DNA of 64,000 bases from a virus. Of this stretch, positions 49,821-59,714 are shown one piece after another. The position numbers and the translations under genes are program-made. The DNA lies in the IMG/VR virus record IMGVR_UViG_3300031772_002739, positions 1 to 64,000 of that record, one strand, 5' to 3'. The number at the start of each line of letters is the position of its first letter. Within the stretch, counting starts at the first letter, position 1. The notes under the pieces are model-generated. The model was not told where the DNA came from, did not search any database, and worked only from the letters and a program-made list of their open reading frames with translations.

Positions 49821-50534
49821 ATGAAAAAAACAAAAATTATAGGAATTGGAGGGCTATCCAGGTCTGGAAAAGATACATTTGTAAAAGTAGCACATAATAT
49901 TTTGAAACAGAATGGGTATGACACCTGCCATCTTGCTTTTGCTACAGCATTAAAGAATGAAATCCAACAGATGTTTAGAAATAACAATTTTAATTTAGAT
50001 ATTTGGACTGATGATACTGAAAGGAAGAAACGGCTCCGTGACCTTCTCGTATGGTGGGGTTGTATGAGAAGAGAGTTAGGTGACGGTAATTATTGGATAG
50101 ATAGAATTCAAGAAAGATTTGAGTTGATACAGAGAACTTACTCTCAAGAAGTATTGGATAAATCTGTATTTTTTGTTTCTGACGTTCGTTTCCCCAATGA
50201 ATCTAAGTGGATTCACGAAAAATGGGGCGGTTGGTTTATTCATGTAAAGAAATATTCTATGCGATATGATAACGTGCAAACGTTTGATGATGGAAATGTA
50301 GAACATTCAGACGCAATGCATCGAATGTATGATTCTGCACCCAACGAAGAAGAGGCTAAACAAGATCCTCTCATACAGGAACACGCTGATGATAAATTAG
50401 AGTTGGAAAATGTCATTGAAAGAGAAACTAGATTAGGTAATAAAATAACTGTCGCTGACTTGCCGAATAATACTTATCTATTGAATGAGGTAAGGTTATG
50501 TCTGGCGAAGGTTCCTCTTTTAAAAATTAAATAA
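49821..50534 (+). CDS. Deoxynucleoside monophosphate kinase (T4 gp1-like)
   Basis: IIGIGGLSRSGKDT, AFATALK, R.LL..WG..RR..YWI, VSDVRFPNE. Confidence 0.8.
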   Translation: MKKTKIIGIGGLSRSGKDTFVKVAHNILKQNGYDTCHLAFATALKNEIQQMFRNNNFNLDIWTDDTERKKRLRDLLVWWGCMRRELGDGNYWIDRIQERFELIQRTYSQEVLDKSVFFVSDVRFPNESKWIHEKWGGWFIHVKKYSMRYDNVQTFDDGNVEHSDAMHRMYDSAPNEEEAKQDPLIQEHADDKLELENVIERETRLGNKITVADLPNNTYLLNEVRLCLAKVPLLKIK

Positions 50535-50734
50535 CGATACATAAAATTAAAAGAAAACAAATATCGGAAAATACTAAAAATTTAATATTGGATCTTTTTT
50601 GTAATAAAAAAATTGGTATAGTGAATATTTCTAAAGAATTATCTAAAATCGGAATAAATTACGGATCAAAAGCAATTAGAAATTTTCTAATAAGAAATAA
50701 TGTGTATATAAAACAACAGAGGACAAAACAATGA
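50531..50734 (+). pseudogene. Start-less remnant resembling the C-terminal helix-turn-helix of a homing endonuclease
   Basis: Open frame ITIHKIKRKQISENTKNLILDLFCNKKIGIVNISKELSKIGINYGSKAIRNFLIRNNVY..KQ-TGA; no ATG; very AT-rich; stop overlaps the next ATG. Confidence 0.4.
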
Positions 50735-51456
50735 AATTTTTTGATATACAAACCGAGGAGGAATATCCGATTTTTTTAGATGAATGTAATAATACTGAAA
50801 AAAATAAAAAATTTGCTTTTATTATTAATAAATATCATAGTTATAAAAAATTTAATCCTGGCCCGACAAGGCGAATACATTGGTTAATATATGAATCGGA
50901 AACGACAAAATTAATAGGAGCAATCGGATTGTCGAGTGCAACAATAGCAATAAAATGTAGAGATGATTATATTGGATGGAACAAAGAACAGAGAATAAAA
51001 AATTTGGGTATGATAGCTAATAATTCCAGGTTTTGTATAATACCAAATAAATCGATTCTAAAAAATATTGGAAGTATGATACTGAAACAATTGTCCATTG
51101 TAGGGTCAAAAAGATGGAAAGAAAAGTATGGCGGTATGTTATCTATGATAGAAACTTACGTACAAATTGAAAGAAATGATGAATATAATGAACATAAAGA
51201 AAGAAACGGATCTGTATACCGAGCATCCAATTGGATCGAAATTGGTCATACATCCGGAAATAGTATCCGAAAAGCCCCATTATCAAGTTGGAAAAAAGAA
51301 TCGGGAATTCGTGGAGAGTTGGCAAGAAACAACCCAAAATTGGCGATGGAACGATATGGGTATGGGGGAAAGGAATATATAGTATCAAAATCACCAATTA
51401 AAATAATGTTCATAAAATCTTTAGTTTGGAATTGGAAAAAAATATTATTATCATAA
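50731..51456 (+). CDS. DUF4338/Mom-like GNAT-fold protein
   Basis: YHSY, IGAIGLSS, RDDYIGW, NNSRFCI, W.EKYG, IETYV, GSVYRASNWIEIG.T.G. Confidence 0.75.
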   Translation: MKFFDIQTEEEYPIFLDECNNTEKNKKFAFIINKYHSYKKFNPGPTRRIHWLIYESETTKLIGAIGLSSATIAIKCRDDYIGWNKEQRIKNLGMIANNSRFCIIPNKSILKNIGSMILKQLSIVGSKRWKEKYGGMLSMIETYVQIERNDEYNEHKERNGSVYRASNWIEIGHTSGNSIRKAPLSSWKKESGIRGELARNNPKLAMERYGYGGKEYIVSKSPIKIMFIKSLVWNWKKILLS

Positions 51457-51475
51457 TTAGTAGATATTTATATTT

Positions 51476-52840
51476 ATGATTCTATTGTCATCCATTATAG
51501 AAAAAGTTGATATCCAAAAGGCCGATGTAGTCAAAACAGGATTAGAAAAGAAATATGGGCCTGATATTGGACCAAACACTTTTGGAGTTGAATTAGAGTA
51601 TGTTCTTCCTCCACAGGAAGAATTTGAAATGGAAGAACATCTTCATGATGTTGTTCGTTCTTTAATGTGGAAAGCTAGGAACGACGTTACTGCAAGAGAT
51701 GATTATATTGATTGGGTTACTGATAAAAGAAGTAATATCAATAGAAGAATAAAATCCAGTGATGAATGGGATGATAGTTATGGTCCGATTGATCTGGATA
51801 CGTGGGAAACTTTTAATCCTGAACCAGAACACGAAGATTATAGTGATGATAAAGAATATGATGACGCACATTCTACTTGGGATGATGCTTCATCCGATGT
51901 AAAAAAACAATATAGGAATTGGGAATTTGGTGAAAGGTATAATTATACGGAAGAATGGGCCGAATATATGATTGAGGCTGATCGGTGGGAAAGTTATATT
52001 GATACATCTGACATTGTAAAATCCACTACAGATATAGAAATTGAAGCGGCTTCCGATTATATACGAAAATATATACGTGATGGAGTAGTAAACGGAAACG
52101 CTACCAATACAGCATGGGGAGTTGGCCTGGATGGTGATCTTATGGAAATTAGAACTCCTCCTCTTTCTGGAAACGAAGATTCATTTAAAAAAGTAAGAAT
52201 CGCTTTGAGTTTTTTGAATGACAAGGATACTCACGGAGGAACGTCTGCTCACGTTCATATAGGGGTTCCGGAAGATTTCGATGTGTTTGATATGATAGCC
52301 ATGTCAGATTTAGTTGACGAAGAAAAAGTAAAACAAGCTGTAGGTGCAGATCGTCAGTTAGCTAAATATGCCGAAACAAATGAGGTTCTTCAAAGAAGTT
52401 TGGAAATAGCAATAAGAAAAATATTAACTCAAAATCAAGAAACAAAGCCTGTCAGTGAAGGTAAGTGGATAATGAGTCATGATACTTTGAAAAAATTTAT
52501 TTTGTCGGTCATGGATAGATACAAGGGAACAAACATTCTTCCTGTAATGAAAGGAACTCATCTGACTATAGAATTTAGATATTTTTCATCCAATGTTAAA
52601 GAACACCCGAGTGTATTTGTTCAGTGGATCAAATACTTTTTACTTTTACCAAAAGTAGCCCAAGGAAGAAATAGGGTAACTTTAAACAAGGACAAAACCA
52701 TTCCTATAGTTCTCACACGATTACCTGATAATAAAGTAAGGGTGGAGTTCGTTGTTCGTGGAACTCAACAAAAACCATCACCAATGCCTGGATTGCCTGC
52801 CAAAGATATACGAACTAAAAAAGATAAGGATGTTGTATGA
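51476..52840 (+). CDS. Putative amidoligase (glutamine-synthetase-like COOH-NH2 ligase fold)
   Basis: TFGVELEY, DG..MEIRTPPL, TSAHVHIG, RY..TN, TIEFRYF; acidic insert; MILLSSIIE leader. Confidence 0.75.
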   Translation: MILLSSIIEKVDIQKADVVKTGLEKKYGPDIGPNTFGVELEYVLPPQEEFEMEEHLHDVVRSLMWKARNDVTARDDYIDWVTDKRSNINRRIKSSDEWDDSYGPIDLDTWETFNPEPEHEDYSDDKEYDDAHSTWDDASSDVKKQYRNWEFGERYNYTEEWAEYMIEADRWESYIDTSDIVKSTTDIEIEAASDYIRKYIRDGVVNGNATNTAWGVGLDGDLMEIRTPPLSGNEDSFKKVRIALSFLNDKDTHGGTSAHVHIGVPEDFDVFDMIAMSDLVDEEKVKQAVGADRQLAKYAETNEVLQRSLEIAIRKILTQNQETKPVSEGKWIMSHDTLKKFILSVMDRYKGTNILPVMKGTHLTIEFRYFSSNVKEHPSVFVQWIKYFLLLPKVAQGRNRVTLNKDKTIPIVLTRLPDNKVRVEFVVRGTQQKPSPMPGLPAKDIRTKKDKDVV

Positions 52841-53094
52841 CATTGGGGGAATTGAAAAAATCGTTGAGTCGTTTCGGTGGGGATATGGATGATTGTGAAG
52901 TTTTGTTTATGTATAAACTTGGCGAAAAAATAGATTATGATTGTTTGGCTTTTGTAGCATATATTGATGAGAAAACTATGGGTGATGTATATATCGTTTT
53001 GGGTTCAATGAATGCAGCATTAGATCAGTTGAAAAAAGGAAACTTGAAAAATCAGAGTGGCATATCGTTGACATCTGAGGGATATAATGTATAA
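52837..53094 (+). CDS. Hypothetical protein
   Basis: MTLGELKKSL..D.EV type small phage protein; ATGA overlap. Confidence 0.55.
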   Translation: MTLGELKKSLSRFGGDMDDCEVLFMYKLGEKIDYDCLAFVAYIDEKTMGDVYIVLGSMNAALDQLKKGNLKNQSGISLTSEGYNV

Positions 53095-53100
53095 AATTTT

Positions 53101-53388
53101 TCACCGGTTTAATGTTTTTAAGTGTTTACCTTCATTGTAAAAAATAATACATCCGTCTACTACTTTTTTGAATATTTCATTTTTTATGGGGGGTAAAGAC
53201 TGAACGGAGTGGACGTATAATGTTTGGCATCTATTTAATTTGCTCTTTTTAAATTCTTCATCATCACAATTACATAATCTTGCGTATTCATCCATACAAG
53301 AACAAAAACTTGAAACGGTAGGAGTAGAGTTAGATAGCCCTGCTGATTTTATCAGTTGATTAAATTGAGTTATTCCGTTAATGACCAT
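53101..53388 (-). CDS. Hypothetical Cys-containing protein
   Basis: 95 aa; last gene of the minus-strand operon. Confidence 0.55.
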   Translation of the reverse strand: MVINGITQFNQLIKSAGLSNSTPTVSSFCSCMDEYARLCNCDDEEFKKSKLNRCQTLYVHSVQSLPPIKNEIFKKVVDGCIIFYNEGKHLKTLNR

Positions 53389-53725
53389 ATAATTGAGTGG
53401 TTATTAAATATATCAATAGTGAGAGTATAAACATTACGGGAATAAATATGATATTACTAAATAATAAACACGTTATAATCGATAACCACACATCTAAACA
53501 AATCGGACACGTCACTAATCTAACAAAAAAATTATCGTGTTTCATCCGAAGAAATTGTTGATAAGATATAGTAATATCTTGTTGTTGTTTATATTCTTTA
53601 TATTCTATAATTTTTAATAATTTACAAAGAGTTCTGTTTAGTTGAGTATATTCTATAAACGCATCCGTTTTGAACCATATAATCATCACCATTGATATTA
53701 AACATGTTAATGTAAAAAAAATCAT
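53378..53725 (-). CDS. Small membrane protein (DUF1360-like)
   Basis: Hydrophobic helices flanking LVTCPICLDVW. Confidence 0.55.
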   Translation of the reverse strand: MIFFTLTCLISMVMIIWFKTDAFIEYTQLNRTLCKLLKIIEYKEYKQQQDITISYQQFLRMKHDNFFVRLVTCPICLDVWLSIITCLLFSNIIFIPVMFILSLLIYLITTQLYGH

Positions 53726-55056
53726 AAACGAATAAGTTCTATATCTAACGGAGGATTTTTAACAACAACGTTTTCTTCTATAACATTTTGAATTCGATTT
53801 ACTTTGATTTTTATTCCTTCACAGTCGAATTCATCTCCAGGAGTCAATTCGTCTTTATAACTGTGAATAATATCATTCATTTGTTGGAGATATTTGTAAA
53901 GTTCCGGTGTCATAGTATTCATATCTATTTCTAAAACAATATCATCTTCTACAGGTGCATCGGAGAAAATATCTTCTACATTCCATACTCTATAGTATTT
54001 TCCAAATTCTGCCCATTGTTTGTCAGATATATTGAGTATTTCATTTGCAGGATTGTGTAGTTTTTGGTAACGGTCTTTAGCCATCTGACGAGTTTGAGGT
54101 TCATCGATAAATATTTTTTCAAATAAATGATACATACTAAAAATGCCCGTAGCCTGAACAGGCATACAATTTTTGAGATTCACAGATATGTTGTATTTGT
54201 AATTTGTCTGTGGGTCATCTACGGCTTCATGTTTGAACCGTTTCCACTTTCTTAGAAACCTCTGCATCTCAACTTGATCAGCCACAGATTGAAGTTGTGT
54301 TCTTCTTTGATTTTCAGGTTTCCACCATTCCTTTCCACGGGAAGATGTGCAAGTAAAATGATAAACAATAGCCGACCAACATTGTTTCATTTTTAATCCT
54401 TGCAGACAGAATCTATATAATAAATCCGAATCCTCCCTCGATCTTCTAAACAGTGTATCATGACCTCCGATACTCACCCAATTCTTTTTATATAAAGTAA
54501 AAGGAGCGAACCAATAATCTGTGATTCTATCGGTTTTTTTAGACTCAGCAAATCGAGTAAAGACATCTAAATCAAACTTTTGGGGATCTAAGCCAAAATC
54601 GTGAGTAATCTTCTCTGGAGAAGGGGGATGCAATGGAGGTTCAATTCGGGTGGATGATATGATATTGTGTTCATTCAGGTGTTTAAGAACTTCCAAATCA
54701 TATTGATGACATATCACTTGATCTGACTGAAGATAGCTTACAATCTCATGAGTAGCCATTTCAAACATGAGATTTATATTTCGGGCATATCCTAATGGTA
54801 TTGGAAGAGGATTGACAACGATTTTAAGGTTTGGGAAGATTTCTTTTTGAGTTTTTAGAAATCCGACAGTATCTTGATTGTCATTTTCTACGTAAACTAG
54901 AATTTCGTGATCTTTTCGACAAAGATTCTGATTTAACGAGCGGAATAAAAGTTCAACGTGAAAACGTTCATTAATTGAGGTATTTATACAGAAACTAATT
55001 TGTGAAATCATTTTCTTTTTTCGTTCTAATAATGTACCAATTTCGTCATTTTTCAT
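53722..55056 (-). CDS. Glycosyltransferase family 2-like
   Basis: ISFCI, HEILVYVE, GYARNIN, YLQSDQVI, IGGHD..F..REDSD, VYHF. Confidence 0.8.
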   Translation of the reverse strand: MKNDEIGTLLERKKKMISQISFCINTSINERFHVELLFRSLNQNLCRKDHEILVYVENDNQDTVGFLKTQKEIFPNLKIVVNPLPIPLGYARNINLMFEMATHEIVSYLQSDQVICHQYDLEVLKHLNEHNIISSTRIEPPLHPPSPEKITHDFGLDPQKFDLDVFTRFAESKKTDRITDYWFAPFTLYKKNWVSIGGHDTLFRRSREDSDLLYRFCLQGLKMKQCWSAIVYHFTCTSSRGKEWWKPENQRRTQLQSVADQVEMQRFLRKWKRFKHEAVDDPQTNYKYNISVNLKNCMPVQATGIFSMYHLFEKIFIDEPQTRQMAKDRYQKLHNPANEILNISDKQWAEFGKYYRVWNVEDIFSDAPVEDDIVLEIDMNTMTPELYKYLQQMNDIIHSYKDELTPGDEFDCEGIKIKVNRIQNVIEENVVVKNPPLDIELIRL

Positions 55057-55910
55057 ATCATCATGCTTTCATACATTTCAAGTATGCCATTTTCTAATCC
55101 TGTTAGTGGTAAATTGAGTGTTGATAACATCGACCCATTCCCTGTATATGGCATCCCCCACCCGCCAGTTTCTATATGTATTTTTAGATTTGGTTTTCCT
55201 ACTATAAAAGCGATGCTTGTAGCTATATCAGATAATCTATATTTACTCATATAAGATAAATTTAAAGATTTATAGTTATAATCTACGACATTAGATACCG
55301 TCGTCATTATGTATTGTATAACTTTATATACGTCATTTATAAAAAAATAATCCATAAATTTATCTTGATGAATAACCATGTATTCTCCATTGATGGCTCG
55401 TTGTACGTTATTTTTTATTAATCTAAAATTTTCTTCGAGAGGACCAAAACAACCGAATAATCTTAAATTTATAACATTATAAGTTTCTTCATATATTCTT
55501 CTACATATAATATTTTTAGCTAATCCATAAGCATCGATGGGATGTTTCTTGAATATATTTTCTTCACAAACTCTGAGTATTGGAAATCTTCTATCAAATT
55601 CTGCCCCCGATCCGAAAGTAAATAATAACCTATATGATTCTTTGTTGTTTAACAAATTTTCAAACATTAATAGATTAGTTTGAAGGTTTTCGTATGATTC
55701 TGAATCGGTTCTGTTTCCTCCTTTAACAGCGGTATGTATGACTATATCTACTGTGTTTTTCTTAAAAAATTCATCTACTTGATATTTATTAGAAACATCT
55801 AATTCTTGATGAGTAGGAGAATACACGTCATATCCTTCCAGCCTAAACATAGGAGTTAAACTTCGGGCGATAAATCCTTTCCCTCCCGTAATTAAAACAT
55901 CGTAGTGCAT
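55053..55910 (-). CDS. NAD-dependent sugar epimerase/reductase
   Basis: VLITGGKGFIA, ELDV, VIHTA, GSGAEF, YGLAK, LRLFGCFGP. Confidence 0.88.
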   Translation of the reverse strand: MHYDVLITGGKGFIARSLTPMFRLEGYDVYSPTHQELDVSNKYQVDEFFKKNTVDIVIHTAVKGGNRTDSESYENLQTNLLMFENLLNNKESYRLLFTFGSGAEFDRRFPILRVCEENIFKKHPIDAYGLAKNIICRRIYEETYNVINLRLFGCFGPLEENFRLIKNNVQRAINGEYMVIHQDKFMDYFFINDVYKVIQYIMTTVSNVVDYNYKSLNLSYMSKYRLSDIATSIAFIVGKPNLKIHIETGGWGMPYTGNGSMLSTLNLPLTGLENGILEMYESMMI

Positions 55911-56386
55911 TATTTTTTAAGATTTAGATATGCTGGTTGTTTATTATACAGAAATGTATCGTAATATGATAATAATGCTCTGTCTGTGTCGGGTTTGTAA
56001 ATTTGTAATCCATTAACACACATACATACATCAACATCCTCCTCCGCCCAGTGTGTGAATCCTAGATATCCATAATCTTTATCCCTACCTCCACCAACAA
56101 GTTTAACCGGAATTTTATCATGACCAAGATAATTTCTGATAAATTCAAATGGACGATAAAGAAGAAATGAGGTGATGGAATAACAGACAACAATTTTACC
56201 TTCCATCGTCATTCCTACAGCCATACCAATCATAAGTTGTTCAGAAGATAAAACATTAAAAAATCTATTAGTATGTGTATTTCGAATTTTATCTAATAAT
56301 CCATATCCTAAATCTCCTGTCAAAACAACTATATTATCATCTTTTTCCATTGTTTTACATAAATAATCAAAAAATAATTTTCTCAT
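55910..56386 (-). CDS. Transketolase-like pyrimidine-binding subunit (no C-terminal domain)
   Basis: LTGDLGYG, RFFNV..SEQLMIGMAVG, RPFEFIR, GFTH, PAYLNL. Confidence 0.85.
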   Translation of the reverse strand: MRKLFFDYLCKTMEKDDNIVVLTGDLGYGLLDKIRNTHTNRFFNVLSSEQLMIGMAVGMTMEGKIVVCYSITSFLLYRPFEFIRNYLGHDKIPVKLVGGGRDKDYGYLGFTHWAEEDVDVCMCVNGLQIYKPDTDRALLSYYDTFLYNKQPAYLNLKK

Positions 56387-57012
56387 ACTAACATCTCCAA
56401 TGCCTGTTTATAATCTTCTTCTGACATTATTTTGTAATGAGCGTTCAACCCTTTAAGAAATGGAAACGTTTCAACGGAAGTCTTACATATGGCTATTTGT
56501 GGTAAAAATGATACTAATCTAACAGTTAGATAATCAGCATCAATTTCATCATAAGCGGCATATCCGTTTATATTAACATACACATGAATATTTTCAATCT
56601 TGTGATCGTGAATAAATCTTAACGCTTCCCATATACATCCTTCTGCACATTCTCCATCACTTATTAATACATAAACATGACCATTTTTATTGGATAGTGC
56701 TCTACCGACTGCTACTGTTATTCCCATGCCTAAACTTCCAGTTGAACAATAAATTTTATCGTTTTCGTTATAATGTGGATGCCCTCCATGACGAAGAAAC
56801 AATTCTTCGGCGTTAATTCCATCATATTTTTCTAATACAACATATTGAGCCAGAGCGGCGTGCCCACTTGATAGAATAAAAATATCTTCTGGCTGTTTTA
56901 CTCTAAAAATACGATCAATAATATCAACCGAAGAAAAAAAACTCCCTAAATGTCCCAATTTGTGTTTGTATGCAATCTCAACGATTCGTTTTTTAAGATC
57001 TTTATTGTTCAT
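56383..57012 (-). CDS. Transketolase-like TPP-binding subunit
   Basis: GHLGS..S..DI, FILSSGHA, STGSLGMG, SDGECAEG.IWEA..N. Confidence 0.88.
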   Translation of the reverse strand: MNNKDLKKRIVEIAYKHKLGHLGSFFSSVDIIDRIFRVKQPEDIFILSSGHAALAQYVVLEKYDGINAEELFLRHGGHPHYNENDKIYCSTGSLGMGITVAVGRALSNKNGHVYVLISDGECAEGCIWEALRFIHDHKIENIHVYVNINGYAAYDEIDADYLTVRLVSFLPQIAICKTSVETFPFLKGLNAHYKIMSEEDYKQALEMLV

Positions 57013-57610
57013 GGTTTACTGTGAGTATACCACTTTTACCGCTAGGTTTCAAGATTTTATATTTTTCTAATGATCTAGCTATCCCAGCATTAACATCACC
57101 GTTCCATAAATCATCAAATATTATTATTCCTTTTTTATTACCTATACATAATACAGATAACTCCACGTCTATATCTATATCTTTTTCATGATGAGATCCA
57201 TCGACATAAACAACAGAGATGTTTAGTTTGTTAAGATCGAATAAATCTTTTTCGAGATCGGTTTTGTTATTACCTGAATCTTTAACTTTTTGTAAAAATA
57301 ATTCGGAAACACAATCAAACAATTTTATGTTTGGGCATATAGATATATTGTGAATACAATTTTCTTTTTGAGTAGGTAACGGAGTACCCCTTTCATGATA
57401 GGTATGTCCATCATCAATAAAAGGATCTATCCCGATTACTGTTACGTTTGGGTTGTTTAACGCTATGCTACACATAGTTACTCCATCATACACGCCTATT
57501 TCAAGATAGTTTCCTGGACAAATTTTTAAATAATTCGTTACATCCAACACAATCCCGTGGTGGCTACAAAGTAAAGAATTCCCCTTCAATAATTCAATTG
57601 GATCAGACAT
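57002..57610 (-). CDS. Class I SAM-dependent methyltransferase (Methyltransf_24-like)
   Basis: YLEIGVYDG, GIDPF, VYVDGSH, GIIIFDD. Confidence 0.82.
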   Translation of the reverse strand: MSDPIELLKGNSLLCSHHGIVLDVTNYLKICPGNYLEIGVYDGVTMCSIALNNPNVTVIGIDPFIDDGHTYHERGTPLPTQKENCIHNISICPNIKLFDCVSELFLQKVKDSGNNKTDLEKDLFDLNKLNISVVYVDGSHHEKDIDIDVELSVLCIGNKKGIIIFDDLWNGDVNAGIARSLEKYKILKPSGKSGILTVNHEQ

Positions 57611-57615
57611 TTTAT

Positions 57616-57831
57616 TTAAATAACTCTCTTTCTGTTTTTACATTCTTCGCTACAATAATCTTCTGTGGATGGAATGGTGGTTCTACACCATATACAATAA
57701 TCTGTATGTTCGTCTACCCAACGATCAATTAATTTTAATGTTCGTTTTAGATCGTCAATATCTTCTTGTGTTTTTGGGGCAAAAATTTTAATCCGAACAT
57801 CGGATACGTTGTTTTCAAATTCATTTTTCAT
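57616..57831 (-). CDS. Small zinc-ribbon protein
   Basis: CIWC..I......YCSEEC. Confidence 0.55.
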   Translation of the reverse strand: MKNEFENNVSDVRIKIFAPKTQEDIDDLKRTLKLIDRWVDEHTDYCIWCRTTIPSTEDYCSEECKNRKRVI

Positions 57832-57835
57832 ACGA

Positions 57836-58933
57836 TTACCAAATAAAATTATCTCTGTAATATTGTATTACACTTGGTAATTCTTTGTCAAATTCACAAG
57901 TTATTTTCCATCCTAATGATTTTAGTTTGTTACTATCTATACTATAACGAACATCTTGCCCACTTCTTGTGTAAGAAAAATCACATATTTCTTCCATATT
58001 GTTATTATTCAAACCATTGTCTTTTGATTGGAATGAAAAAAATCCATTCTCATCTTTGTAATTTATAAGAATACAATTATTGCCATAAATATTTACCCTA
58101 GAATCGGGAATTTGTGAGTCGATTTTTCTTTCAATATTGTGTTTTCCTTTTATACCAAGGATTTTTGCGATTTTTGCTACAACTCTCCAATTTTCTATTT
58201 CATAATCTCCAGCAATATTATAAATTTCATTTAATTTTCCTTTTTCTACAACAGTTAATATGCCATCAACACAATCATTTATGTGAAGCCATGTTCTGAT
58301 AGGCAAACCAAGATTATGAAGTGAAATTTTTTTACCAAGAATTAAATTTCGACATGTTTTAGGAATTAGTTTTTCAGAATTTTGACGCGTTCCCCAAGTA
58401 TTTGTAGCTCTTCCTATTTTATATTTAATATCATATGTTCTAGCGTAAGATTTTACTAATAAATCTGCACTAGCTTTTGAAAAAGAATATGGATTGCTTG
58501 GATTATAATTATCCGTTTCTACATGAGACCCGATTCCGATAGCATCTCCATAAATTTCATCAGTAGACATTTGATAAAAAAGAGGTCGAATTTTTTTGTG
58601 ACGAATAATTTCTAATAAATTATGAACGCCATTTATGTTAGATTTTAAAAATTCATTACTGTTTTCTATACTATTATCAACATGAGATTCTGCACAAATA
58701 TTAAATAATATATCTAAGTCTGGAAGATGTTTTATATCATTAATATCTTTATGTTCGAATTTAAATTGTTTATTATATTTAATTTTAAATTCATCCATTA
58801 ATTTTGGATAAGAACAATAGGATAATTTATCTACACCATATACATACCACCCCATTGCTAAGCATTTTTCTGTCAAATGACTTCCAATAAACCCAGCACA
58901 TCCAGTTATCATGCAAATTTTTATATCATTCAT
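57836..58933 (-). CDS. rfbB: dTDP-glucose 4,6-dehydratase-like
   Basis: ITGCAGFIGS, DKLSY, AESHVDNSI, STDEIYG, PSNPYSFSKA, EKLIP, R.WLHI.D, GQDVRYSID; ATG 58933 preferred. Confidence 0.88.
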   Translation of the reverse strand: MNDIKICMITGCAGFIGSHLTEKCLAMGWYVYGVDKLSYCSYPKLMDEFKIKYNKQFKFEHKDINDIKHLPDLDILFNICAESHVDNSIENSNEFLKSNINGVHNLLEIIRHKKIRPLFYQMSTDEIYGDAIGIGSHVETDNYNPSNPYSFSKASADLLVKSYARTYDIKYKIGRATNTWGTRQNSEKLIPKTCRNLILGKKISLHNLGLPIRTWLHINDCVDGILTVVEKGKLNEIYNIAGDYEIENWRVVAKIAKILGIKGKHNIERKIDSQIPDSRVNIYGNNCILINYKDENGFFSFQSKDNGLNNNNMEEICDFSYTRSGQDVRYSIDSNKLKSLGWKITCEFDKELPSVIQYYRDNFIW

Positions 58934-59711
58934 ACATTTTCCATCCTCCAACCGAATTAAATTTTCTTTTAATTAATTGCCCTAAATTTCCTTGATTTAA
59001 TTTGTATTTTGTTCTTAAATTATATTGAGTAGATTCTTCGATTCCATGTTTAGGGTGAATAAATTTATACACGTTATTGTCATATTGTGAATGTTTTTCT
59101 CCACGTTGTGCATTACTCATTTTTAATCGGGCTTCTATAGAATGAGTTTTTCCTTTTAATTTTTTACTCATTTTTAATTTGGTTTCGTCTGAAAGACGTT
59201 TTCCAAAAAGATGATTCTTTTTACCTTTACATGCATTACTCATTTTTATTAAAGTTTCAGTTGAAAACATTCTTCCTTTAAGTGAATTTCCTATTTTAAT
59301 TTTTGTTTTTTCGGGAAGACGTTTTCGAAAATGAGGATGATTACTTCCTTTTTTTGCTATACTCATTTTCATTCGTGTTTCTGGTGAACGAGTTAATCCT
59401 CTACTTGGGCAAATTGAGTTGTATCCTATATTATAAGATTTGAATGGAAACATTTTACACCAATCCAAATAATATTGCTCTACCTCTTGTAATTGTTTTG
59501 ATGATAATTTCTCTTCTATTTTAAATATAAACCCATCCTCTCCATATTTATTCCAAGCATTTTGAAGATATAAATTTTTATGTTTATTGTTTTTTAATTC
59601 GTTTTTATGATTGATAAATCTACGAGTTATATCGGAAGATGAACCGTAATATACTTTTTCATTATTTATATTTGTTATGCTATAAATTCCTGATGTTTTT
59701 ATTTTTTTCAT
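58926..59711 (-). mobile_element. Free-standing GIY-YIG homing endonuclease with NUMOD3 repeats
   Basis: SGIYSITNINNEKVYYGSS, R...H..L....H.N..LQ.AWNKYG, EQYYLD, repeated SxETxxKMS. Confidence 0.9.
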
Positions 59712-59714
59712 AAC

